A stretch of DNA of 62,871 nucleotides, filler included. It is 4 parts of 4 records of this genome, joined end to end, with 100 filler letters (N's around TTAATTAATTAA, not from the genome) between each part and the next. Parts side by side here need not be neighbours in the genome. Positions count along the whole stretch, not along the records: positions 21,270 to 31,060 come from SRR22947727_3532; positions 31,161 to 62,871 come from SRR22947727_3536; 2 more parts are not named here. One strand, 5' to 3'. Shown piece after piece: positions 30,501 to 39,205 of the stretch (positions are counted from its first letter, which is position 1; each line of letters starts with the position of its first letter). Made by a program: the position numbers and the translations under genes. Under the pieces are notes generated by a model. It had not been told where the DNA came from, did not search any database, and saw only the letters and a program-made list of their open reading frames with translations.

Positions 30501-30865
30501 TCGCTCTTGCCTTGGAAAAATTTAATCATGCCGATTATGACGGAGCAATGAATGCCTGCGAAAAGGTTCTGAGCGCAGCCAACTCCACGACCCGCAAAGC
30601 GCTTAAAAATGCAAAATCAGGCGCTCTTCCCCTTTTACCAATCACAAATTCAGGCAACTTAGGATTGGATCGAATGCAAGGCATCATCGAGCGCTTTCCA
30701 TTTTTAGAAGAAAATTTGCAGGAGGACCTCGTCGAACATCTTGAGAAAAACCATCCCGAGTTTGATCGCATTCCGACCGCTCCTGAATTAATTCACCTCC
30801 GGGCGATCGAAGTCGCGGCTGGCATCATTAGCCAACAATCGGAAGTTAAAAAAGCGGATGGGTGA
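27524..30865 (+). CDS. very large secreted tetratricopeptide-repeat protein, probably continuing via a frameshift into 30862-31060
   Basis: Signal peptide (ATA-Q), many TPR-like helical repeats; A6 run at 30848-30853 just before the stop, with an open frame continuing to the contig end. Confidence 0.8.
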   Translation: MWSANTLQAVGLVMFRWFSGIMIAALFGISTATAQKEGEPTQVEWTASDTKLANHYILLLQKKPEFGNVLDLLWDLYDKKGQIPLLLEYIGNAAKAEGAPAVTLTIYAHLLRKNDDLDGARDFYGQVLDSQPEDPIALKASAEIADQQRRDAKALSLYTKAINVIGIETEDGVKIRMRKAALHRDLNQIEEAVVIWNTLLTAYPANVELRTEVVAFLLQVGETDTAIKVLRDLADRAKAGDPEQRLSALTELNRLYEFINDFDGAQAAAREGLSLIHFKNHQFEGLFTKLVRLHERFGRLSELEAELKVEADQDRPSEQAVVKLTEFYRLTADPEAEEKWVKRLTELVPANTDYRVRHALICMENDRYEEAAEILDSLLEENPNAPFRFTLLRCRVALNSEGRAAAETMLSRYLEEKNPDADNRSQVLEFAREHYLDGIVEKMLRGQIDDPDMGSAPIKLARFLQERGRRDQAIETLKGYVKSAGEAKTDRARRLHEVSVGFRDMELLPEAMRAIDEAISLFPKQANFHLAKAEILMDQKALNPTLDSLEKVRDLSIGLEKKSEIDQRIFSLLRGIVDKPVEENATPASNSSALLESVEQYRKAAAAASRGRREAEEPPPKRLLAYFKNIVKEANENPTQETRYRAGWWAFKMQDTQECFNQLSKAKAEAKDPSVEVEKLLLEMAVQLERPTFQARHLKTLSEIDPANQDEYLQQWAEVRFLLGFEDEAIRTLKKLAAKPDASLGTLKTLAKSYQRLSSNQRQIDVWRDAYRRSNLFEKRQIIKQLTTALVGQRMPEEALKVQLNLIQRDTDPIQKRKQFDTQLTLAQRHFLLPWLREKYEELTRAKPFDRFFPEALAKIHRAAGNEDLAFEAMKKAYYMSGHDRDLLIQLGEMAGNSDDLKAAIYYRRQLIAHSEEDASIESWKSLITMLEKDLRLKEADLIRRRLESKFGQDADFLEEMATYYRKSGIIDSEIRVLEKLVDLRPWDSKSALALALEKFNHADYDGAMNACEKVLSAANSTTRKALKNAKSGALPLLPITNSGNLGLDRMQGIIERFPFLEENLQEDLVEHLEKNHPEFDRIPTAPELIHLRAIEVAAGIISQQSEVKKADG

Positions 30866-31060
30866 ATCGCTGGAAACGGGATAAACAGGCTTCTCTTTCA
30901 GAAAAGTTGTGGGCTTTCCATTATGTGGGTGCAGGCAAGGAAACGCTCGATATTTTAACGCCATTGCTGATTGAAAAAGCGGCCGCAAATCCCATGGAGA
31001 AAGTTTGGTTCAGCTACTTTTCGATTCTGGGGAACCAAAAAGAAGACCTGCTGAAATGGA

Positions 31061-31160
31061 NNNNNNNNNNNNNNNNNNNNNNNNNNNNNNNNNNNNNNNN
31101 NNNNTTAATTAATTAANNNNNNNNNNNNNNNNNNNNNNNNNNNNNNNNNNNNNNNNNNNN
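31061..31160. other. artificial contig linker
   Basis: N runs flanking ttaattaattaa. Confidence 0.99.
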
Positions 31161-31810
<650 letters not shown>

Positions 31811-31826
31811 TTGTCTCGTTGCAGCG

Positions 31827-33197
31827 ATGCCGAATCATCATCCCGATCCTGAATATCATCTCGCGTATGTCTTCGAACGATTTCCGTCGTTCACGCAGAC
31901 GTTTTGTGTTCGTGAGGTGCTTGAGCTGGAACGTCAGGGGCTGCGTCCGCTTTTGTTTTCGATTCGGGACACGCGCGATGAGGTTCCGCGGAACTTTCCC
32001 GATGAGCTCTATGATCGGGTGATTTTTCTCCCGGAAGAAAAGGCGCTGGTTGAGGACGTGAAAGCGCTCAAGGCGGAGGGCAAGTTGCCGCAGTGCATTG
32101 TCCTGACGCTGCGTCACTGGAAAGAAAAGGCGGATACCAGGGATAAAGTCCGCGTGTATGAAGCGGCGTGGATTGGTCAGAAAATGCTTGAACACGGCGT
32201 GACGCACTCGCATTCGCATTTTGCGGGGGTGGGCGCACGAACGGGCTGGTGGCTCCGGTTTTTCTACGATTTCACGTTTTCGTTTACCGGTCATGCCAAT
32301 GATCTGTGGTGCCCGGATGACTTTGCGCTGTCTCGCGAGATGCTTTTCGAAGATGCCTCGCTCATCGTAACGGTCAGTGATTACACCGTTCGGGATTTGA
32401 ATGTGCGTTTTTCGGCAGCAACATCCAAGACGAAGCGGGTCTACAACGGCTTAAACCTGGCTCCGTTTCAAGAGGTCGCGGAAGCCCGGAATGCCGGTGC
32501 GGTCTGGAAGGGCGATGAAGCTCCGTTGATCTTTTCGGTAGGCCGTTTGATTGAAAAGAAAGGCTATGATGATTTGATTCGGGCCTGCGGAATGCTGAAA
32601 ACTCAGGGCAGAAAATTCCGCTGCATCATTGTCGGCGATGGTCCGATGGAGGACGAATTGAACGCGATGATTAGCGAACTCGGCCTCGAAAGCGAAGTCG
32701 AGCTGGCGGGTCCGAAATCGCAGGACGAAATCCTCGAATACCTGAGCGGGACGGCGATTTTTGCCCTGCCATGTGTCACCGAGCACGATGGCGGGAAAGA
32801 CAACTTACCAACGGTGATCATGGAGGCAATGGGAGCGTCCGTTGTTTGCGCATCGACCATTTTAGCGGGAGTTCCTGAAATGATTATTGATCACGAAACC
32901 GGTCGCTTGGTTCCTGAGCGAGAGCCGGAACAGTTTGCGGGGATCTTGGCAGAATTGCTGGCGGATCCAAAGCGAAGTGAGGAAATGGCTGCGCTCGGCA
33001 AAAAACGAGCGGAAACGTTGTTTGCCAAAGAAGAAACCGCGAAGCAAATGCGGCGGCATCTGGTGCGGTTTGGACTGGTGAATTTTGACCCGGAGTTGAT
33101 CACGCACGATCCGGAGTTGAAAGCAGCGTTTCAATCTCAGAAATGGATGCGGTTTCGTCGAAAGTTCCGTCGTTTGAAGGAAGAGCGTTACGCGTGA
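31827..33197 (+). CDS. glycosyltransferase family 4 (WcaL-like)
   Basis: YVFERFPSFTQTFCVREV, HSHF, FTGHANDL, VGRLIEKKG, DNLPTVIMEAM, GVPEMI. Confidence 0.92.
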   Translation: MPNHHPDPEYHLAYVFERFPSFTQTFCVREVLELERQGLRPLLFSIRDTRDEVPRNFPDELYDRVIFLPEEKALVEDVKALKAEGKLPQCIVLTLRHWKEKADTRDKVRVYEAAWIGQKMLEHGVTHSHSHFAGVGARTGWWLRFFYDFTFSFTGHANDLWCPDDFALSREMLFEDASLIVTVSDYTVRDLNVRFSAATSKTKRVYNGLNLAPFQEVAEARNAGAVWKGDEAPLIFSVGRLIEKKGYDDLIRACGMLKTQGRKFRCIIVGDGPMEDELNAMISELGLESEVELAGPKSQDEILEYLSGTAIFALPCVTEHDGGKDNLPTVIMEAMGASVVCASTILAGVPEMIIDHETGRLVPEREPEQFAGILAELLADPKRSEEMAALGKKRAETLFAKEETAKQMRRHLVRFGLVNFDPELITHDPELKAAFQSQKWMRFRRKFRRLKEERYA

Positions 33198-33201
33198 CAA
33201 A

Positions 33202-33786
33202 ATGAAGAAGCTGATCTTTCCCCTTGTCGTTTTGATCGCATTGATCCTGGTGGCGACGTTTGTCTACCAATCCGTGAGCGGGCCTCCGAAACTATTGCAG
33301 ATGCCGGAAGAGACCGCCATTCCAGCGCCGGTGGCAGCCCTCCCCACAATCGATGCGGATTTTGATTGGGGAGCCCTCGATGAGGATGAATTGAATGAGC
33401 TTCTGGAGGAGATCAACGGCAGTGCGAATCAACCACTCCATCGTGAGGAGTTTTCGGTGGTTCTGGCCGAAGGAGAATCGGTCATTACCGCGGGCTTCGA
33501 GAGATAACCCGGCGTTTTCGAGTTCTCCCATTTGTCCGCTAAGACGATAACGCTCGATGGCGAAGACGTGATCGAAATTTCGGCAAAGCGTTTTGGAATA
33601 TCAGTGGATGGTTCTGAGGGCGTGCTGTCTGCGCCCCGAATCATGATTCATCCCGGCGTGACGGCGACGATCCAGATCGGATCGATGAACCCGTCCGGCG
33701 AAATGGTTGACGGCTTTGATTTGGAAGTTGTTGCGGAGCCGGTCAACGGCGGGATTTCACTCATGGGCCAAGTGATCACCCACTGA
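33202..33786 (+). pseudogene. membrane-anchored hypothetical protein split by one in-frame TAA (33505-33507)
   Basis: ORFs 33202-33507 and 33532-33786 share a frame; the sequence reads GFER*PGVFEFSHLSAKTI. Confidence 0.65.
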
Positions 33787-33840
33787 TCGCGCCACGTATT
33801 TCACTTGAGATTTATCACTGTTTTTTGCATGGTCAGCGAC

Positions 33841-34992
33841 ATGAGCGATCAGCAGCAACAGAAACTTGGGGTGGGTTTTATTGGAGCGGGTTGGATGGGC
33901 GCTACGCTAATGAAACGACTGACGGAGCGTGGTGATGCGGAAATTCTGGGGCTTCATCAGCGAAATCGCGAGCGGGCCGAGGCGGTCCTGACAGATCTTG
34001 GATTAGAACCGTCGATTTTCACGGACCGTTTCGAAGACATTCTGGAAAATCCGGCGATCGAGGCGGTTTTCCTCTGCTCTACGAATGAAGCCCACGGACA
34101 GCAGGCCATTGCGGCGATGAAGGCCGGGAAACACGTCTTTTGCGAAAAGCCCTGCGCCACCAAATTCGATGAATTTGTCCAACAAGTTGAGTTGGAGAAA
34201 GCGAATCCGGAGTTGATCACGATGGTCGATTACTTGATGAATTTCGACACGCTGGAAGCGCGGATTCAGGACATGGCGAGGCGAGGGGACTTTGGCACCA
34301 TCACCCAGATTCAGATCAATTATCGTCACCCGATCAACATTGCCGATGACAAGGTCTGGAAGCTCTCTGCTGACCGAATGGGGGATGCAATCGGTATGGG
34401 GATCATTCACAGCCTTTCCGCGATGGTTAACATCATGGCCGCTCAAGACGCTCATCCCATTCGACTCTACGCAAGTAAATCGAATGTTCATGCCCGTCCG
34501 TTCGAAATCGAAGCCCTTTGGAATTTACATATCGAATTTAGTAATGGTGCCACTGGACTTTGTTTTGGAAATGTCGATCAGGCCAATGGCTATGATGCGT
34601 ATCACAACATCCACGGCACCAAAGGTGGCCTGATTTTCGACAGCTACCTGGACCGGAAGCAAAAGATCCGGTTCTGGTCGGAGTCCGTGGGAGACCGGAA
34701 ATGGATTTATCCGCTCGATCCGGATCGTTGTTTACACGAGGGAGCGATTCAATATATGTGGCCGGCCGATACGACGACACCTGACAGTGGTGACGTGATG
34801 AATCATCAAACGCAGCATTGCGTGGCGCATTTCGTAGAGAGCATTCAAAAAGGGGAGCAAAGCTTTCTCAGTTTCGCGAATTCCGCCTCCGTGGCCGAAT
34901 TGGGATGGGCCGCGCAGATTTCGGCCGCCGAAAAGCGCGCCGTTGAGCTTCCTCTGGATTACGAGAAAGCCGCGCCGTTTTTTGAGAGTTGA
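33841..34992 (+). CDS. Gfo/Idh/MocA family oxidoreductase
   Basis: GFIGAGWMG Rossmann motif, AGKHVFCEKP, GDFGTI. Confidence 0.93.
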   Translation: MSDQQQQKLGVGFIGAGWMGATLMKRLTERGDAEILGLHQRNRERAEAVLTDLGLEPSIFTDRFEDILENPAIEAVFLCSTNEAHGQQAIAAMKAGKHVFCEKPCATKFDEFVQQVELEKANPELITMVDYLMNFDTLEARIQDMARRGDFGTITQIQINYRHPINIADDKVWKLSADRMGDAIGMGIIHSLSAMVNIMAAQDAHPIRLYASKSNVHARPFEIEALWNLHIEFSNGATGLCFGNVDQANGYDAYHNIHGTKGGLIFDSYLDRKQKIRFWSESVGDRKWIYPLDPDRCLHEGAIQYMWPADTTTPDSGDVMNHQTQHCVAHFVESIQKGEQSFLSFANSASVAELGWAAQISAAEKRAVELPLDYEKAAPFFES

Positions 34993-35066
34993 GACAAGTG
35001 TCAGATCTCATTGGATTTCTGAAACCAGGGGTAACCCGCCTTCAAAGTACTCTCTCGTCGGCGCTT

Positions 35067-35120
35067 TTTTAACGAAGCAACAGGGTTGATTCATGGTTCA
35101 GGCCCTGTTGGATCGTTAGA
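35067..35120. repeat. palindromic intergenic repeat, copy C
   Basis: ttttaacgaagcaacagggttgattcatggttcaggccctgttggatcgttaga. Confidence 0.85.
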
Positions 35121-35175
35121 TTAAGTTTTTCGCCTAACCGTGACGGAAGTTTTTGCAACTTTCACCCCATGAGGG

Positions 35176-36552
35176 TTGATTCAGACCGTGTCTTCGATCC
35201 GTTGGAAATGGCTGCTACTTGATTTGGTGTTACCGCTTTTGGTGACACTTGGATTGACGTGGTTTTTGGTTTCGGAAAATCGTGAACTTGTAATTCAGGC
35301 TCGTGCTTTCGATGCTGAGTCGCTTTCCTGGAAAACGGGAGAGCTTCCATTCTGGAAAGCGGTCTACGATTTTGGTCCGATGCCGGCGGCGGTCGTGGCT
35401 ATTGCTGCGGTCCTGATCTTCGTCCTGGGATTCGGAATCCCCAAACTCGCGCGTTATCGAAGGGCGAGTGCCTTCGTGTTTCTCGTCGCAGCCGTTGCGG
35501 CGGGAATCATTGCGAATCTGATTTTAAAAGAAAACTGGGGCCGACCGCGCCCCCGTGAGGTAGATCTTTTTGGTGGCCGAAATGCGTTTGAGCAAGTGCT
35601 CACGATTGATCTCACCAGTGATGGCAAGTCATTCCCATGCGGCCACGCAACGATGGGATTCTTTTTCCTCGCGTTCTATTTTCTGCTCCGAAAAGCCCGG
35701 CCAGCCTGGTCGGTGATCGCTCTTGCTGTCGGATTAGGATTTGGAATTCTCATTGGAGTCACCCGGGTTCTCCAGGGCGGTCATTTTCCCAGTGATGTTG
35801 TTTGGGCGGGTGCCGTGACGTGGTTTTCGGCAGCGGGCTTGTTCTATTTACTGCGACTGAATCGCGAGGTGCTCGATTTGCAAACGGAGCAAGAGAAGCG
35901 AAAAATCCCCCTGAAGATCAAGCTGCTCGGGGCATTCGCGATTCTTTGCGGATTCGCAGCGATCATGCTGGCGACGCCCTATTCAGCGAAGCGTGACTAC
36001 ACCATTATATCGGAGGTGACTCCGGAAACCGATCTGAAGATTTCTCTGAAGGTCGTCTACGGAAGTTTGAAAATCGTTGATGGTGATGAGTTTTCAATTC
36101 AGGGAGAAGCAGTCGGACACGGAGTTTCGACTTCTAAAATCGCAGATCAGCTGGATGAAACCATCGAAGACGACGGAACGCTGAAGCTGCACTATGATCA
36201 ACGCTGGAGCGGTAAACTGACTGAAATCGATCAGCGTCTCGTCATCACAATTCCGTGGGATCGCGTCCGGTATTTCAAACTCGAGGTGGCTGATGTGGAG
36301 GCTATTCTTGAGCTCCCCGACACAACGCGAGCCCTAAAATTGGATCTGATTACCGAGAGGGCGAAGGTCACCGGAAGGCTGGGGAGTCGGGCGCCGGTCC
36401 TGGCATTTTTCGATCTTGAATCGATGATCAAGGACGAGACGAATGGTCAGATTAGTTATTTCAAATCAGTGCCATCAAAGTCGCATGGATATCGATTGAA
36501 TTGGAAGCGGGGGCCGGAGAGCGAATTGATTTTTCAGCCGTTGGACAAATAA
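35176..36552 (+). CDS. PAP2-family membrane phosphatase with extra TM helix and C-terminal extracytoplasmic domain
   Basis: KENWGRPRP (C1), SFPCGH (C2), RVLQGGHFPSDV (C3). Confidence 0.88.
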   Translation: MIQTVSSIRWKWLLLDLVLPLLVTLGLTWFLVSENRELVIQARAFDAESLSWKTGELPFWKAVYDFGPMPAAVVAIAAVLIFVLGFGIPKLARYRRASAFVFLVAAVAAGIIANLILKENWGRPRPREVDLFGGRNAFEQVLTIDLTSDGKSFPCGHATMGFFFLAFYFLLRKARPAWSVIALAVGLGFGILIGVTRVLQGGHFPSDVVWAGAVTWFSAAGLFYLLRLNREVLDLQTEQEKRKIPLKIKLLGAFAILCGFAAIMLATPYSAKRDYTIISEVTPETDLKISLKVVYGSLKIVDGDEFSIQGEAVGHGVSTSKIADQLDETIEDDGTLKLHYDQRWSGKLTEIDQRLVITIPWDRVRYFKLEVADVEAILELPDTTRALKLDLITERAKVTGRLGSRAPVLAFFDLESMIKDETNGQISYFKSVPSKSHGYRLNWKRGPESELIFQPLDK

Positions 36553-36638
36553 GGACAATTTGTGCCGAGGATTTCACAAAGTGGAAACTGGAAAAAAAGC
36601 CGATCAAGGCTAACTTCCGACTTCCCGAGTATTCCCGA

Positions 36639-38687
36639 ATGAAGATCCCTTTCCGCAGCAAAGAAATTAGTTGGTTGTCGTTTAACGCGCGTGTTTTGCA
36701 AGAGGGGGCCTCGTCTGATGTCCCACTCATGGAGCGTATTAAGTTCCTCGGAATTTACAGTTCGAACATGGATGAATTCTTCCGAGTGCGAGTTGCGACA
36801 TTGCGTCGTTTGGCATCTCTCGGGGAACAGTGGAAATCGCTTCACATGCCGGATCCGAATGTGACGTTGAAAACCATCGCAACGATCGTTGGAGAGCAGG
36901 CAGAGGATTTTAACGTTGCCTACGGGAACGCGATGGCTGATCTGGAGGCTAATGGAATTCGGGTGGTGAATGAAGAACAAGTGCCGAAAAGCCTTCACTC
37001 TCATGTGATCAAATATTTCAGGGAAAAGGTCAGCCCGCATATCAATCCCATCATGCTGAAGCATACGGCCAAATCGCCGAAACTGCGGGATGCTCCGATG
37101 TATCTCGCAGTTCGTCTTACCAAGGCTGATGGCAAGGGCAGGGCGGCTCACTCACTGATTGAAATTCCCGGGGTCTTACCGCGCTTCATTGCGCTTCCAA
37201 AATCAGGTAGAACCCAGTTGGTTATGTATTTGGATGACATCATCCGCTTTGGCTTGGGTGAAATTTTTGGGGTGCTGCCCTATGACACCTTTGAATCTTA
37301 TGCGATTAAGTTCACGCGAGATTCTGAGCTGGAATTCGATGATGACTTTACCGAATCGTTTTACGAAAAGCTTGAAGATGGTTTGAAAGCCCGCCAACAG
37401 GGACTCCCTGTACGAGCAAACTTCGATTCAAATTTCCCGAAGACTTTCCTCAATTTGGTGCTGAAGAAGCTCAATATTTCGGCGCCTGAGAAGCTTTATC
37501 CCGGTGCGAAATATCATAACCGGCGCGATCTCCTCAGCTTTCCGTCGTTTGGACGTGATGATTTAAAGAATCCTCCGACCGAGGAGATCATTCCGCGTGG
37601 ATTCCGCAAATCCCACAAAAAAAGTATCTTCGCGAAAATCCGGAAACGCGATTTGCTGCTTCACATCCCGTATCATCCGTTTCGGTTCTACATCGACTTG
37701 CTTCAGGAGGCTTCAATTGATCCGTTTGTGCAGACCATTCAGATGACGCAGTATCGTCTCGCGAAGAAGTCCTGCGTTGCAAAAGCTCTCATGGCAGCCG
37801 CTCGAAATGGCAAAAAAGTCAGCGTTCTGGTTGAGCCGCAAGCCCGTTTCGATGAGGAGGCCAACATCGCCTGGGCAAGTGAATATCGCGCCGCGGGTGT
37901 TCGTGTAGTTCTAGGAGTTCCCGGGCTGAAAGTTCACTCCAAGCTTTTGCTGATCAATCGCCGCGAGCATGGTGTCGATCGCGCCTACACGATTCTTGGA
38001 ACCGGAAACTTCAATGAAGACACCACGGGCATCTTTGCTGATCACCTTCTCTTCACGGCACATCCGGAGATCGCAGAAGACGCTGCTGCAATTTTTCGAT
38101 TTGCGGAACGCAGCTACCATCCACCGCGTTTGAAGCATCTCGTTGCTGCTCCAGTGGGATTGAGGGTATTCATACGTAAGAAAATTCGTGCAGAAATTGA
38201 TGCTGCGAAAGCGGGTAAAAAGGCCGGTATTTCATTGAAAATTAATAATTTGTCCGATGAAGAAGTTGTCGGATTGCTTTACGAAGCGTCACAAGCGGGT
38301 GTGAAGATTCGAATCATCGCGCGAAGCATGTTTTCACTGATCACGGGGGATGGCCCGGGAGAATCGATCGAAGCGATTGGTATCGTCGACAAGTATCTTG
38401 AGCACTCCCGACTTCTGATTTTTGAAAACGATGGGGAACCCGAAGTCTACCTGTCTTCGGCGGATTTCCTGCCGCGTAATTTTGATTCCCGAATCGAAAC
38501 CGTCTTTCCGATTTACGACAAAAAGTTGAAGGAACAGCTTTTTAAGTATTTTGAAATTCAGTGGTCCGACAACGTGAAGGCCCGGATTCTCGACGCTGAT
38601 CTTTCCAACGAATACCGGAAGAGTGATGGGAAGCCAATCCGTGCCCAGTATGTGATTGAGGATTACCTGCGGAACGCGGCGCGATAA
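36639..38687 (+). CDS. ppk1: polyphosphate kinase 1 (start set at MKIPFRSKE)
   Basis: KEISWLSFNARVLQE, SSNMDEFFRVRVA, HIPYH, ARFDEEANI, KVHSK, GTGNFNE, DKYLEHSR, SSADFLPRN. Confidence 0.97.
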   Translation: MKIPFRSKEISWLSFNARVLQEGASSDVPLMERIKFLGIYSSNMDEFFRVRVATLRRLASLGEQWKSLHMPDPNVTLKTIATIVGEQAEDFNVAYGNAMADLEANGIRVVNEEQVPKSLHSHVIKYFREKVSPHINPIMLKHTAKSPKLRDAPMYLAVRLTKADGKGRAAHSLIEIPGVLPRFIALPKSGRTQLVMYLDDIIRFGLGEIFGVLPYDTFESYAIKFTRDSELEFDDDFTESFYEKLEDGLKARQQGLPVRANFDSNFPKTFLNLVLKKLNISAPEKLYPGAKYHNRRDLLSFPSFGRDDLKNPPTEEIIPRGFRKSHKKSIFAKIRKRDLLLHIPYHPFRFYIDLLQEASIDPFVQTIQMTQYRLAKKSCVAKALMAAARNGKKVSVLVEPQARFDEEANIAWASEYRAAGVRVVLGVPGLKVHSKLLLINRREHGVDRAYTILGTGNFNEDTTGIFADHLLFTAHPEIAEDAAAIFRFAERSYHPPRLKHLVAAPVGLRVFIRKKIRAEIDAAKAGKKAGISLKINNLSDEEVVGLLYEASQAGVKIRIIARSMFSLITGDGPGESIEAIGIVDKYLEHSRLLIFENDGEPEVYLSSADFLPRNFDSRIETVFPIYDKKLKEQLFKYFEIQWSDNVKARILDADLSNEYRKSDGKPIRAQYVIEDYLRNAAR

Positions 38688-38691
38688 TTTT

Positions 38692-39030
38692 TTATTCTTC
38701 TATTCGGGTATAAATTCGGGCTACCAGCTCTTTTTGTCGATCCAAAATACGGTAACCGCCGACCCATCTCGCAACATTTTCGACATCGATATGGCTGTCG
38801 AGGCGAGCCACATCTTCCTGCAGAGCACGACTGCCGACAACGCGTTGCCGAATCAGGAACGCGTAGGAAGAACGGTCTGGCCGATCCATCCGGATTCGAA
38901 CCGACCAAACATCGAAGATATAACTTCCTCCGGGATCAAGACCGTTCAGGCTTTCAAATTTCGCATTTACCGGAAGCACTTTTGTGGCGGCGATTGCGAA
39001 TAGGGAGAGGTGGATTCGAGAATTCATCAT
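38692..39030 (-). CDS. hypothetical protein
   Basis: Open frame convergent with ppk1 with plausible codon usage; no family recognised; start uncertain. Confidence 0.35.
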   Translation of the reverse strand: MMNSRIHLSLFAIAATKVLPVNAKFESLNGLDPGGSYIFDVWSVRIRMDRPDRSSYAFLIRQRVVGSRALQEDVARLDSHIDVENVARWVGGYRILDRQKELVARIYTRIEE

Positions 39031-39096
39031 CTGGTTTGACACCGCACCCGGATTTTTCCTAGGCATTTTCCGACGAAAGGCCCACTGACGGAGCCT

Positions 39097-39203
39097 TCTC
39101 ACGAACTACCCCTATTGATTCATCGAACGTACCCTATGCGATCGAAATGGCTTTACGAACCAATAGGGTATGTTCATCAATCCAACCCTGTTGGATCGTG
39201 AAA
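39097..39203. repeat. two tandem copies (D degenerate 39097-39147, E 39152-39203) of the palindromic repeat
   Basis: tctcacgaactacccctattgattcatcgaacgtaccctatgcgatcgaaa and tttacgaaccaatagggtatgttcatcaatccaaccctgttggatcgtgaaa, right after the rapA stop. Confidence 0.85.
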
Positions 39204-39205
39204 TT

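Noticed and set aside
38663..38908. Alternative-frame ORF NPDGSARPFFLRVP resembling a DUF6745-type motif
   Set aside because: The expected downstream AVAWTF segment is absent and the ORF overlaps ppk1 and a more plausible ORF; likely coincidence.
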